DNA from: a virus
Reading direction: 5' to 3' (one strand)
IMG/VR virus record: IMGVR_UViG_3300042514_001858
Location: 32,001 to 96,000 of that record
Length of the DNA: 64,000 bases
The stretch's first letter is position 1; each line of letters starts with the position of its first letter. The translations under genes were made by a program, and so were the position numbers. Positions 1 through 10,251 of this stretch are shown here, piece after piece. The notes under the pieces are model-generated. The model was given only the letters and a program-made list of their open reading frames with translations. It did no database searches and was not told the origin of the DNA.

Positions 1-2
1 AA

Positions 3-590
3 TTCAAACCAGCAGGTTGTGTTGTGTTGACTATCGCTGCTGATCACGGTGGGGGAAGAACTTATGGTAGAGTTACTGTAACTACTGATATGGTTGATAT
101 TAGCGATGGTGTTCTAGTTCCTGATAAATTCAAGAAAAAAGATGTAGTCATTATCAAACCCAAGAAATTGGAAGTTGATCCAAATCTTATTACCAATGTA
201 ACTGATAAAGGTAATGGTAAGAATACCCCAACCGATTTGAAATTGGCGGGAGAATCCAAGTCTTGGGATTTCACCAAAGAATTGGGTAATATTTATGATG
301 AAATATTACAAGAAAAATTCGATTTCAAAAAAGCCGATAGAAATAAAAATGGGAAATTAGAGGATTGGGAAGAAAATATAGGTAAAAAAGTCTTTGGCGA
401 TGACGAAGATGAAGATGATAGCGAAGACAATGACGAAGATAATGAGGATTGCGGGGAACAAGATGAACAGGATGCTTGCTATAAAAAAGTAAAATCCCGA
501 TATGATGTATTTCCTAGTGCATATGCTTCTGGAGCATTAGTTAAATGTAGGAAAGTAGGAGCAAAAAATTGGGGGAATAGTAAAAAGTAA
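3..590 (+). CDS. Hypothetical phage protein, 5'-truncated; acidic linker and C-terminal DACYKKVK...SAYASGALVKCR motif
   Basis: Frame is open to the window edge; DRNKNGKLED EF-hand-like stretch; C-terminal Cys motif I recognise from large aquatic phages. Confidence 0.7.
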   Translation, partial: FKPAGCVVLTIAADHGGGRTYGRVTVTTDMVDISDGVLVPDKFKKKDVVIIKPKKLEVDPNLITNVTDKGNGKNTPTDLKLAGESKSWDFTKELGNIYDEILQEKFDFKKADRNKNGKLEDWEENIGKKVFGDDEDEDDSEDNDEDNEDCGEQDEQDACYKKVKSRYDVFPSAYASGALVKCRKVGAKNWGNSKK

Positions 591-841
591 TGGAACAAAT
601 GTCCCAAAGACAATTACTAGAAAATTTACGTGATTGGTTTGCTCCTCATGTGGATAAGGAAGGTAAGAAATTTAAAGGATGGATTAACTGTAAAACAGGT
701 GGACCCTGTGGTAGAAAAGATACATCAAAAGGTTCTTATCCTGCATGTAGAGCTACAAAGGCAGACTGTAAAAAAATAAAAGGTAAGATGTATAAAAAGA
801 AAAGCTCTGAAAGAGTTAGCTGGAAAAATAATAAGAAATAA
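590..841 (+). CDS. Small basic Cys-rich hypothetical phage protein (LRDWF...GWINCKTGGPCGR...YPACR)
   Basis: ORF coupled to the previous gene (TAATG overlap); conserved-looking Cys/Trp motifs. Confidence 0.7.
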   Translation: MEQMSQRQLLENLRDWFAPHVDKEGKKFKGWINCKTGGPCGRKDTSKGSYPACRATKADCKKIKGKMYKKKSSERVSWKNNKK

Positions 842-863
842 TTTAAATAAGATAAATAATAAT

Positions 864-1625
864 ATGGCTAGATATAATAATGAAGATCAACTTAATTTGG
901 AAGAACTCTTAGAAGAAGGGTTCTTGGATCGCTTCAAAGCTCGTGGTGCGCAAGCACTTGGAGCAGTTAAAGGTGCGGGACAGCAATTAAAAGGTGGCGC
1001 ACAACAAATGGCTGGTAATGTTGTTCAAAAAGCTGGTAATTTAGCAGCTAAAGGAGTTCAAGCAATGGGTGGTCAAATCGATCCATCTCAAAACAAATTG
1101 ACTCAGGCTGGACAAGGAATGCAACAAGCAGGACAACAAAATGTTCAAGTAGGTGGAAACATGGGTAATAATGCCAAAATTGATTATTTGAAAAAAAATA
1201 TCACAAAAAGAATTGATAATTTTGTAGCTAATCTAAATAACGATGTCCAGAAATTAGGATTGAATATTGGAGAAATCAAATTTGCTTCGGAAATTCAAGA
1301 TGCTTTGGAAGGATTGAAACAAAACATTCAAACAACACAAGCTACCCCACCACCTTTACCACAACAATCTCAAGCAACACCACCTCCACTTCCTCAAGAT
1401 AATACAGTTGACGATCAAGTAGAACCAGAAGATGATGGTGTTAGTAGCTACGCAGCACAAAGACAACAACGTTCAGATAGATCGAAACAAGCTGCCGCTA
1501 ACAGAAAGCAACAACAATCTAAATTAGCTTCAAATCCGAAAAAAAGTAAATCTCGCAATATTCAAAAAACCTACGATAAGAATTTCGTAAGAGAGAATTA
1601 CGACAAGTTATTTTGGGGGGAATAA
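864..1625 (+). CDS. Gln/Gly-rich hypothetical late protein
   Basis: 253-aa ORF; TAAATA at 853-858, 5 nt before ATG; duplicated QATPPPLPQ. Confidence 0.75.
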   Translation: MARYNNEDQLNLEELLEEGFLDRFKARGAQALGAVKGAGQQLKGGAQQMAGNVVQKAGNLAAKGVQAMGGQIDPSQNKLTQAGQGMQQAGQQNVQVGGNMGNNAKIDYLKKNITKRIDNFVANLNNDVQKLGLNIGEIKFASEIQDALEGLKQNIQTTQATPPPLPQQSQATPPPLPQDNTVDDQVEPEDDGVSSYAAQRQQRSDRSKQAAANRKQQQSKLASNPKKSKSRNIQKTYDKNFVRENYDKLFWGE

Positions 1626-2534
1626 TTCTTCCAACTGTAATAGACAAGCGATACAACATATCTCCCTGTCAGTAACAGACATCATTTTAAACAAGCTATC
1701 CGCAATTATTAGGATAGCTTGTTTTTTTATTGTGTCATCAATTTGTAGATCATAAAAATAATTTAACAAATCTTTCAAAAGAGCTTCATGATCAGAGTCG
1801 AATAATTCCTCGTTCTCAATAAGAAACTTTCTTGTATCCAGTGTCTTACCCGACTTGAGATTATTATAAATTAATTCTAATGTCTCGTTAGTATCCTTCT
1901 TTGATTCAATAGTGAGGATACCAGACTTAGAGAACTTCTCCAACTCATTGATGCATTTCCTGATATCGGGAAAATGACTTCTGATCAGATTTACCAGATT
2001 CTTCTTCTGATCGTCAGGGATCTCGATGTTTTCTCTTTTGAGAATTTCCACACATCGACGAATGACATCTTTTAAGGATGTGTGGAGAGTGAGATTTTGG
2101 CAACGAGACTGTAGAGCAGGGATAATACGGTGTTTGTAATTACCTGTGAGGATGAATCGTGTAGTGGATGAATAAGACTCCATTACGTTACGTAGAATCC
2201 CCTGTGCCTGTTTGGAGATACCATCTGCTTCATCCAGAATTACAATTTTCAATCCACCATCGAAACTCATTGTTTGGGCAAACCCAATAACTTTCTCTCG
2301 AATCGTGTCCACGCCGTTTTCATCAGAGGCATTAATATAAAGATAATCACAATTCAAAATATCTTTAGCGATGATTTTGGCAAGACTGGTCTTACCGCTT
2401 CCAGCAACACCAGTCAATAACAAATTCGGGATATCTCTACCAAAGTTTTGGATGATTGCTCTTGTCTTTTCGTCCACCATCAGATCATCTAGAGTCTGTG
2501 GTCTGAAGCGTTCCATCCATAAATCATTATTCAT
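1608..2534 (-). CDS. gp44: Clamp loader large subunit (RFC/gp44-like AAA+ ATPase)
   Basis: WMERFRPQTLDD, Walker A GVAGSGKTS, INASDENG, Walker B ILDEAD, SRC motif. Confidence 0.95.
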   Translation of the reverse strand: MNNDLWMERFRPQTLDDLMVDEKTRAIIQNFGRDIPNLLLTGVAGSGKTSLAKIIAKDILNCDYLYINASDENGVDTIREKVIGFAQTMSFDGGLKIVILDEADGISKQAQGILRNVMESYSSTTRFILTGNYKHRIIPALQSRCQNLTLHTSLKDVIRRCVEILKRENIEIPDDQKKNLVNLIRSHFPDIRKCINELEKFSKSGILTIESKKDTNETLELIYNNLKSGKTLDTRKFLIENEELFDSDHEALLKDLLNYFYDLQIDDTIKKQAILIIADSLFKMMSVTDREICCIACLLQLEELFPPK

Positions 2535-3271
2535 ATATCAATACCAATAGCATGGTTTGATCGTTTGTCAATGGTTCGGACAAGATTTGCACAGTCTAAT
2601 AGACTATCATGATCACCAATGTCGAACCAAAAACCATCAAGTTTCTCAACATTGACACCTTCTTTCTCATTCATCAAGCGAATGAGATCAACGATTTCCA
2701 GTTCTCCTCTTGCTGATGGTGTGACCTTTTTAGCCATTTCAACCACTTCATTGGAAAATACATAAAGACCAATCACAGCATCTTCTGAAATAAATTCTTT
2801 AGGTTTCTCCACAATTCGTTTGATCCAACCATTTTCATCAGTTTCCACCACACCATATGCTGATGGGTCTTTTACTTTGTAAGTGTAGATTGTATTTGAT
2901 TGGGGATGAATCGGTGAGTTGCCAATGATAATATTATCCCCAAGAATCAAACAGATTTCATCTGCATCTTTAATAAATTCTTCCCCAACAATAAAAGCAT
3001 CGACAAGACCACGAGGTTTATCCTGAATTGTATAGGATAGATTCAGACCGAATTTACTACCATCTCCCAACAAAATCTTAAATTGTTTTTGTTGTTCCTC
3101 ATCAGCATTGATAATAAGGATATCTTGATAACCCATCTCCTTCAGTGTTTGAAGGGGATAGGCGATCACTGGTTTTTTATAGATACCCAATAATTGTTTG
3201 GATGTCGTTTTTGTAATGGGGTATAAGCGAGTGGCTTTTCCTCCAGCTAAAATTAAAGCACGTTTATTCAT
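2531..3271 (-). CDS. rfbA: Glucose-1-phosphate thymidylyltransferase (RmlA/RfbA family)
   Basis: ILAGGKATRLYPIT, KQLL, QDKPRGL, LILGDN, IVEKP, PSARGELEI; start taken at MNKRALILAGG. Confidence 0.9.
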   Translation of the reverse strand: MNKRALILAGGKATRLYPITKTTSKQLLGIYKKPVIAYPLQTLKEMGYQDILIINADEEQQKQFKILLGDGSKFGLNLSYTIQDKPRGLVDAFIVGEEFIKDADEICLILGDNIIIGNSPIHPQSNTIYTYKVKDPSAYGVVETDENGWIKRIVEKPKEFISEDAVIGLYVFSNEVVEMAKKVTPSARGELEIVDLIRLMNEKEGVNVEKLDGFWFDIGDHDSLLDCANLVRTIDKRSNHAIGIDI

Positions 3272-4184
3272 AATCTTCTCCATCATTTGCGATAGCAGTT
3301 ATTCTTGCTTTCTGGTTAGCTACGATTTGTTCACAACATTCAATGATTGCTTGCTTCTCAGTTCTGATTGGAAATATTTCTTGCAATTTACTGGTATCTA
3401 ATACACAATTGGAACGATTTGCATGTGCTTTCAATTGTGATCTATCTCCCAATTTCCAATTGGAATTGTGCATACCATATGATTTCAGAATCTCACAAAT
3501 CTCCTCAGTTTTCAATGGTTCAGGATTGGTGATATTGTAAATCTCTCTACGAACCCAATAAGTATCATTATCTAAGGTGCTAACAAGGCATTGCACAAAA
3601 TCACAAAGATCGGGAATGTATGTCTTAGAATTTACAAGATTTAATAAATCATTATAATTTTTAATTTTAGTGAGATAATTTCTATATGAATTATCTTGAC
3701 CAAATGGCATTCTAATTCTCAAAACAATACCTTTCAAATCTTTTGCGAGATTTTCGTAAGCATGTTTGGATTTGGAATAAAATGAGCTATAATTCTGAAA
3801 CAATCCAAAATTGGGAGTATCTTTTTCTGACCACTCTTTGTCGTATCCATCATAAAGACAACCAGTAGAAACGTGGATATAATAGATTCCCAATGAATCA
3901 CAGGCTCTATTAATTTCCAAAGGAACAGTGGTGTTTAATTTCCAACATTCTTCCTTTTCCAATTCTGCTTGATCCACATTAGGTTTACCAGTAAATCCTG
4001 AACAATTTATTACCGTTTTAATATCATTATTGAGAATGAATTTCTTCAATACTGACATGTCATGGTAATCTAGATCGTTTCTTGATTTAATTTGGATGTC
4101 AAATGATTTAGATTGTAAATGGTTAAAAAGGTAATTACCTATGTAACCTTTTCCTAAAATTAAAATATTATTGTTCTGGATCAT
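3264..4184 (-). CDS. NAD(P)-dependent NDP-4-keto-6-deoxyglucose epimerase/reductase (RmlD-like, NRS/ER type)
   Basis: Rossmann GKGYIG, GFTGKPNVD, STGCLY, PNF...SFYSKSK (YxxxK), LRIRMP; start moved to 4184. Confidence 0.8.
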   Translation of the reverse strand: MIQNNNILILGKGYIGNYLFNHLQSKSFDIQIKSRNDLDYHDMSVLKKFILNNDIKTVINCSGFTGKPNVDQAELEKEECWKLNTTVPLEINRACDSLGIYYIHVSTGCLYDGYDKEWSEKDTPNFGLFQNYSSFYSKSKHAYENLAKDLKGIVLRIRMPFGQDNSYRNYLTKIKNYNDLLNLVNSKTYIPDLCDFVQCLVSTLDNDTYWVRREIYNITNPEPLKTEEICEILKSYGMHNSNWKLGDRSQLKAHANRSNCVLDTSKLQEIFPIRTEKQAIIECCEQIVANQKARITAIANDGEDYE

Positions 4185-4392
4185 ATTCGTTCTCGATAAA
4201 TTCTCTAATGTTGACCAGACTACAAGTATCATTCTCTTGGATGAAGTCAAGCGCACCTGCACAGAAATCTTCAGCCATTACTGAAATTTCCACATCTTCA
4301 ATCGAATCAAGAAAATCTTGAAAATCGTTAATCGATTTGATAATTTTCTCCTCGTGAGTTTCCAATTTTTTAAGTATTGTGTTTTTCTTCAT
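4168..4392 (-). CDS. Hypothetical protein
   Basis: 74-aa ORF packed between neighbours on the same strand. Confidence 0.65.
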   Translation of the reverse strand: MKKNTILKKLETHEEKIIKSINDFQDFLDSIEDVEISVMAEDFCAGALDFIQENDTCSLVNIREFIENEYDPEQ

Positions 4393-4394
4393 AA

Positions 4395-5126
4395 TTAATT
4401 ATCAAAAAATGTTATGTCAATATCAAATGATTTTTCTTCCCCATCGATAACCACTTTCGTTTGGGTTCTATCAATTTCTTTAATTTTATCAATAAATTTA
4501 GCAATATCTTGATTGATAGACAGAGGCAAGTTCTCAATTACTGAAATTCTATCTTTGACAGACAATTCAGAGAAGCCCAAAGATTTGTCACCGAATTTCA
4601 CACTCTTGACGAATTTGACAATTTCAAAGGTGAATAGATTAGTCAGATTCTTTCCAACATCTTTTTCTCCATCTTTTTTCAGAATATCAATTGCATAATT
4701 GATGACTTTATTTTCTTCAGATAATGTAGGGGTGTCCAATTCTACTGTCACTGCTCCTTCGACAATATGTTGGAGAGGAATATCAATTTTATCTAAAATT
4801 TTGATGTCTTTGATATCAATCTCTCCTTCTGATGTTTTAACGATGTCACCTAGACTTTCTTTTCTCAATTTTAAAATAACAGGGATTTTATCAACAACCA
4901 ACCAATCATTATTTCCAGTGTTTTCAATAATAATATCATTCAACATTTTTTGGAATTTCAAGACACCAACAGTTCCTTCTGTGAAAGTTGAAATAATATT
5001 TTTTTGTTGTTTGAATGACAAAGGAACACAATCAACTTTTTCACCAGTGGTGATACGATTTACTTTGAATTTTGTATTTTTTAAATCTTGGATACTTTCC
5101 AAGAAGTTCTTAACATTATTGTCCAT
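4395..5126 (-). CDS. Putative baseplate hub protein (gp26-like)
   Basis: PLSFKQQK...ILKLRKESLGD pattern resembles T4 gp26-type hub; next to tail tube genes; TAAATA-N5-ATG. Confidence 0.55.
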   Translation of the reverse strand: MDNNVKNFLESIQDLKNTKFKVNRITTGEKVDCVPLSFKQQKNIISTFTEGTVGVLKFQKMLNDIIIENTGNNDWLVVDKIPVILKLRKESLGDIVKTSEGEIDIKDIKILDKIDIPLQHIVEGAVTVELDTPTLSEENKVINYAIDILKKDGEKDVGKNLTNLFTFEIVKFVKSVKFGDKSLGFSELSVKDRISVIENLPLSINQDIAKFIDKIKEIDRTQTKVVIDGEEKSFDIDITFFDN

Positions 5127-5158
5127 GCCCGTATTTACTGCGACAAATCATTTGTCAA

Positions 5159-5860
5159 CTAAAAAAGTGGCATATTTTCCGTTGGAGCTTCACCTTTCAT
5201 TTTATCTATGTAATATTCAATATCCATGATGGTAGAATCCATTAAAATTTCACCATCAATTTTCTTTGAAAGATAATATATGATATCTCGGAAGTAATCC
5301 ATATCATAAGAATAAAACAATCCTTTAATCATTTCGTATGGTAAAGATGTTAAGAAGTTGATTTCCATGTTTTCCAGTGCAGCATTTTGTAAAATGATTT
5401 TTTTATCATTCGCGTTTACTAAAAATTGTATCATTTTATTATAGAAATCTGCTGGTAATTTTTCCAACATTTCATCTTTAACTTCATCTGATAATTCCGC
5501 AAAATTAATAATAAAATTGCCGTATTCTATTTTTTTAATAAAATTGGATACCGATAGAATATTCAATTCTTTTATAAATTTACTTGGGATATCGACTAAT
5601 ACTTTTATATTCGAATGTTCAAACCAAGTGGGTTCGGTAACAAATTCATTCAATTCCTTTATGAGATAATCTAATGATATTTTTATATTTTTCTCTTTTA
5701 TATTGAAATTGATGGTATATGAAACATACTTCTCCCAATTCTTTAAGATGTTTATGAACTTTTCATGTGTATTATTACCTTTGAATTTATTCAAATAATC
5801 CACGAAGAAATCCTCATCTTCCTCCAAACATTTTTTTATATCTTTGATTGTTATCCTCAT
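5159..5860 (-). CDS. Hypothetical protein, possibly baseplate hub assembly related
   Basis: Long ORF in the tail cluster; start 5860 (coupled to the upstream stop) or 5890. Confidence 0.55.
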   Translation of the reverse strand: MRITIKDIKKCLEEDEDFFVDYLNKFKGNNTHEKFINILKNWEKYVSYTINFNIKEKNIKISLDYLIKELNEFVTEPTWFEHSNIKVLVDIPSKFIKELNILSVSNFIKKIEYGNFIINFAELSDEVKDEMLEKLPADFYNKMIQFLVNANDKKIILQNAALENMEINFLTSLPYEMIKGLFYSYDMDYFRDIIYYLSKKIDGEILMDSTIMDIEYYIDKMKGEAPTENMPLF

Positions 5861-6468
5861 TACACAGCAATCTGTTCGTAATTCTGACAACCAAATGTCA
5901 CGGATTTCACAGGAAATTCTGTATTTTGATAGTCCATCGTAAATCCTTCAACACCAGTGGGAAATGCTTTTCTAAAGATATAACCTTTTCTCAATTCACC
6001 ACCGTTTGTGTATTGTTTCACTGTAATATCAGCTTTGAGGTTTGCACCTGCTTCGATTAATCCTTTTATAGATGTAGCAATAATCCAAGGTCTGAAGTAT
6101 TCATGTTCCAAATCTTTTCTAGTCTCTAAAAAGTTTATAGAAAAGCTACGAGACAAGAAATCTTGTCTACTGTTCAAAACATATCCTGGTAAAAATCCAC
6201 CACTATTTTCACCAATTGAACTGGAACCAAAATTAGCACCTTCGGTTGGAATTGTCACTGATTGTGCTGGTAAAATATTACCATTTTTTGTCATGGAATT
6301 AGGAGTGATCTTAGCTCTCCATTTTTCCTGTGCTAACTGTAAATACTGGTTTATGGAATCATTTGATACTCCATCAATGGATACTGACCACAATACTGGT
6401 ATAGAAAGACAGTATCTAGCGTCCCCTGAAAACGCTTGGAGGAAATCTTCAATCTGTGGGTGAGACAT
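5860..6468 (-). CDS. Tail tube-fold protein (gp19/gp54-like)
   Basis: QSVTIP...FSINFLET...FRPW...ITVKQY...AFPT...VTF pattern; adjacent to tube and sheath genes. Confidence 0.65.
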   Translation of the reverse strand: MSHPQIEDFLQAFSGDARYCLSIPVLWSVSIDGVSNDSINQYLQLAQEKWRAKITPNSMTKNGNILPAQSVTIPTEGANFGSSSIGENSGGFLPGYVLNSRQDFLSRSFSINFLETRKDLEHEYFRPWIIATSIKGLIEAGANLKADITVKQYTNGGELRKGYIFRKAFPTGVEGFTMDYQNTEFPVKSVTFGCQNYEQIAV

Positions 6469-6484
6469 GTAATTACTTAATCAC

Positions 6485-7054
6485 TTAGACCAGTCCACGA
6501 TAGAAATGATACGCGAAAGTCGCAGTGAATGTTTTAATTTCACCAGTTCCATCAGCAATTTCATAAGAAACTTCGCTGATATTTCGAAGAGAAGCACCAA
6601 TCAATTGGATGGTTCTACCAACTTGCATTTCACTACCCGATGTCACATTGGAACCTCTTTGACAAGGGATTTGAAGAACATCCAAAGTAATTACGGATTC
6701 ATATCCTGGCATACAAATATTACCAGTGGTGGTTTCGTTGTCGAATAGGACTCTACTTGCTCTTTCGAGTTTCTCTCTGATATCCAAATTTTGATCAAGA
6801 TAAAATTCTACAGACCAACCTTCAGAACCTGGATAGCTAGATTTTCCAGGAATATTGAAAGTTTGACCAGAATAATTCACCTGTTTGTTTTCAATATCTC
6901 TTCCAGGAAAAGTAGCTGTTTTAGCGTAAACCAAATCAGTCTCACCATTCAAGGAGAGTCCTGTGATGTCGATCTGTTTAACACGGAAAAGGAAGTCGCG
7001 AGCAAATTGTTTTTGCATCGCCTGATTCATAAAATTTTCGATTGTGGTCGCCAT
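6485..7054 (-). CDS. gp19: Tail tube protein
   Basis: ARDFLFRV, AKTATFPGR, VNYSGQ, WSVEF, IKTFTATFAYHFY; immediately downstream of the sheath gene. Confidence 0.8.
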   Translation of the reverse strand: MATTIENFMNQAMQKQFARDFLFRVKQIDITGLSLNGETDLVYAKTATFPGRDIENKQVNYSGQTFNIPGKSSYPGSEGWSVEFYLDQNLDIREKLERASRVLFDNETTTGNICMPGYESVITLDVLQIPCQRGSNVTSGSEMQVGRTIQLIGASLRNISEVSYEIADGTGEIKTFTATFAYHFYRGLV

Positions 7055-7103
7055 AATAGTATTTAATCATCCGATATAACTTTTTCCAAATAAATCCTTT
7101 TAT

Positions 7104-7141
7104 AAAAAAAAAATCCTGACTGGTATTGCCAATCAGGATTT
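7104..7141 (-). terminator. Intrinsic terminator after the tail sheath gene
   Basis: Minus strand AAATCCTGATTGG-CAATA-CCAGTCAGGATTT followed by a T run. Confidence 0.8.
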
Positions 7142-7163
7142 CTTATATTATTTAGTATTAATA

Positions 7164-9599
7164 TTATACCAATTCGTCGAAGTTTGCATCGGATCTGGTC
7201 GCTGTGAAGGTGCAGAGGATGAACTCACCAGTTCTCGTTGGTTTGATTAGAATATCAACTTTCAGTTCATTACTATCAATGACTTGTGGCGTGTTATTTC
7301 TTTCATCGCAGACAATCAAGTAATCATAGCAACCACCGTTTTCCTTCGCAGTTTTGAAGATTGGGTTCAATGTATTGACCAATCTGGTGCGAGTAAATTC
7401 ATTGTTAGGTTCAAACACGAAGAATTGTGCTGTTTTCTTGGTAGGTCTTTCCAGAGCAAGGAACAATCTACGAACATTGATACGATCAAATGCACTTGGT
7501 TTGCGTGACATCGTTTTTTGACCGAACACCACGATTCCTTGAGATGCAGAGAACATAACAGGGTTAATGTTTACCTTGTAAAGTTCATCACGTTGTTTCT
7601 GGTTAGGATTGATAGCGATATCCAAAGCGTTAGTTACAAGACCACGAGTGAATCCAGCAGGAGCAGACCATGGGAATTCAGCAGCATCGCTACGAGCCAT
7701 GATAGCAGCTTGATAACCAGAGAATGGAATCCAAACTTTTTCACCAGTGAAATCGTCATAAGCTTGCACCCAGTTACCATAGGTAGCTGCATACGAGGTG
7801 TTCTCCAATTCAAATTGGTGTCTCATTGCCCAATAAACGTCTAATTGGAAGTTTCTGGTTTTGTCAGTAAGAATCTTACTGTTTCTTCCAGTCACAAGAA
7901 GATGACGGATTGGATCAGCAATAAAGATACAATCACCACGACCACCAGTATTGGATGGAAGGTTGCAGAAATTTTCAAATTGATTGAACACTGCACTGTA
8001 ACTTCCGCGAATATCAGTAGCAACTGCATCATTGAAAATATCTTGTGATGTTCTGAGAGAATCAACTTTCGTTTTCAATGCAGGAGTGTATAGAGTGTCA
8101 TCGTAATAAGTTGTTCCAGCGGCAGATGCCATTGTGAATACCGTTCCAAGACCACCTTCCACGACAACATCGATGTCATAGATTTCATCATTTTTAACAC
8201 TTTCCAAAGCACGATTGATTTTACTTGGAATGCTTCCAAGGGTTTTTTGAGTAATCACTGTTGGGCTGTATGCACCAAGAGGATATAGAGCATCAGCTTT
8301 TACTGCCAATTTGTTAGTAATTTCATCCAATTGTTGTTGAAATGCTCCGAACTTGTTGGTAGCAGATAAACTACCAACAGCAGATAATTTGCTAACTTCA
8401 TTGTAGAAATTATCAGTAAACACTCTGATCTTCTTCTGAGGATTACCTGAAACATCCAACGAAGATTCTCTAAATTTGTTGGAAATGTATGGGTTCACCA
8501 TGATTTCCACATTACGAGCATTGGTATCTTGACTTTCCAAGAAGAAAGGAACAGATGGACCGCCTGTAGGATTGAGTTGAGTGCGGAATGTATCAATCGA
8601 ACCAACAACTCTGTCATCCAACACGAAATCCAATTTGAAGGATTCTGTGGCATAGATACTCTTACGAAGTTTGAATACACCAACGTTCAGAAGGTCATCA
8701 TCTTCTCTACCATCAATGTTGTAATCTGTAAGATTCTCCATGATTTGAGAGATGCTATTCGAAGCTCCTGTTGCAGTAGAAGACAGATTGAATTGCAGAG
8801 TGCCATTTGGAATCTGAGTATATGTGGTATGGTAAGCAGCAGTCAAGCTAGTGGTATATGCACGAGTGACAGCATTGAATGGGGAAGCTGGATCGATGTT
8901 AGTATTATCGCAAATACCGACATAGTAACCTTCAAATTGGCTATTGATAGTCGTTTGTGCTTTATCGAGAACGATAACACCAGCACCACCTAGCGATGCC
9001 AAGGAGTTGAGTCCTGTTCTAGTCGCAGCAGTTGCATTCCAATCAAATAGAGTTCCTTCCATTGCTTGGGCATATTGAGCTTCCGTTAAAGTGAACTGGA
9101 TAGGGCTACCCAAGATGTAAGAAGCAGCAGAAAGATCCAGATTAGTTGTAACCGATGCTGACAAATTGGCGATACTGGATAAAGCTGCTAAAGTTGCAGC
9201 GGAAAGAGTTTCGCTACTCAAATTAGCGACATTCGTGGCAGTAATAGGAACTGTAACAGTGTCGGGTTTAACCGCAATTACTGGATAAACCAGTGCAGTG
9301 TGTTGTGTACCGAATCCGTCACCAGAACCACTACCATAAGGAATGCGGAAAGTGTAGATATTGGCAGGAGAATTCAAAAGTTCTCTTACAGTATAATAAA
9401 AATATCTTTCAGCACTATTCGTTGGTGTGCCGTAAATCGAGTCCAATTCGTCTCTAGTGGTGATTTTGATCACTTCATCCGATGGTCCTTGTGGGGTGAA
9501 ACCAGTCACGAAAACGTTAGTACCAACATTTGTTGGTGCGATGAGACTCAAATCTCTTTCGAAAATTTCTACTCCTGGGCTGTTAATTGTTCGTTGCAT
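7164..9599 (-). CDS. gp18: Tail sheath protein
   Basis: SPGVEIFERDLS N-terminus; WSAPAGFTRG, RDELYKVNINPV, FGQKT, SAFDRINVRRLF, FVFEPN; start at MQRTINSPG (TAAATA-N5-ATG). Confidence 0.95.
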   Translation of the reverse strand: MQRTINSPGVEIFERDLSLIAPTNVGTNVFVTGFTPQGPSDEVIKITTRDELDSIYGTPTNSAERYFYYTVRELLNSPANIYTFRIPYGSGSGDGFGTQHTALVYPVIAVKPDTVTVPITATNVANLSSETLSAATLAALSSIANLSASVTTNLDLSAASYILGSPIQFTLTEAQYAQAMEGTLFDWNATAATRTGLNSLASLGGAGVIVLDKAQTTINSQFEGYYVGICDNTNIDPASPFNAVTRAYTTSLTAAYHTTYTQIPNGTLQFNLSSTATGASNSISQIMENLTDYNIDGREDDDLLNVGVFKLRKSIYATESFKLDFVLDDRVVGSIDTFRTQLNPTGGPSVPFFLESQDTNARNVEIMVNPYISNKFRESSLDVSGNPQKKIRVFTDNFYNEVSKLSAVGSLSATNKFGAFQQQLDEITNKLAVKADALYPLGAYSPTVITQKTLGSIPSKINRALESVKNDEIYDIDVVVEGGLGTVFTMASAAGTTYYDDTLYTPALKTKVDSLRTSQDIFNDAVATDIRGSYSAVFNQFENFCNLPSNTGGRGDCIFIADPIRHLLVTGRNSKILTDKTRNFQLDVYWAMRHQFELENTSYAATYGNWVQAYDDFTGEKVWIPFSGYQAAIMARSDAAEFPWSAPAGFTRGLVTNALDIAINPNQKQRDELYKVNINPVMFSASQGIVVFGQKTMSRKPSAFDRINVRRLFLALERPTKKTAQFFVFEPNNEFTRTRLVNTLNPIFKTAKENGGCYDYLIVCDERNNTPQVIDSNELKVDILIKPTRTGEFILCTFTATRSDANFDELV

Positions 9600-9636
9600 A
9601 TAATTATTTAGCAAATACCGAACAAAAATTTCCTAT

Positions 9637-10242
9637 TTAAGAAAGAGTCTGATTATATCTATCACATCCTAGCAAATTGATGTGCATTTGTGAGAAAACA
9701 AATGTGAAACCACTTTCTATTTCCATTTCACCCGTCTCATTCTGAGAGAATGCTAATTCGTCGATTGATGTTACAAAGGCTTTCGTATATTTAAATTGGA
9801 TTACTTTATTATCATATTCATCTAAACCATACATCGTTATATCTGTTTGATAATCAGAGAAATTACCATCAACTACAATCCCCTTTGCATTAAATTGACC
9901 TGTTTCTTGATCATGTTGCAGATTCAACCATTGATAAATCGCCCAATAATTATTATAACCAGAATCCACCTTAAATTTAACATTTACAGGAGGATATGGA
10001 TCTTTGGAGTGAGATGACACATAAAGAGTATCACCAGCATATCTAGTCGCAATCGCTTTGATTGTCAGACCTGGAACCATTGTCCCATAGATGCTGAATT
10101 GCACACTATCAGGAATGATCGTGTCATTATTTCTCGTGTAATTTGATTGGATTTTCTTGAGAATTGGGGGCAAATCGAAAACGAGAAGAAATTTGTCTTT
10201 TCTTGATCGATTAAGCCATGATTGCTGGATTTGTCGGGGCAT
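9637..10242 (-). CDS. Tail completion / tube-terminator-like protein (gp3/gp19 fold)
   Basis: VQFSIYGTMVPGL, VNVKFKVD...NYWAIYQW, FKYTKAFVTSI pattern; context next to the sheath. Confidence 0.55.
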   Translation of the reverse strand: MPRQIQQSWLNRSRKDKFLLVFDLPPILKKIQSNYTRNNDTIIPDSVQFSIYGTMVPGLTIKAIATRYAGDTLYVSSHSKDPYPPVNVKFKVDSGYNNYWAIYQWLNLQHDQETGQFNAKGIVVDGNFSDYQTDITMYGLDEYDNKVIQFKYTKAFVTSIDELAFSQNETGEMEIESGFTFVFSQMHINLLGCDRYNQTLS

Positions 10243-10251
10243 CTATATTAT

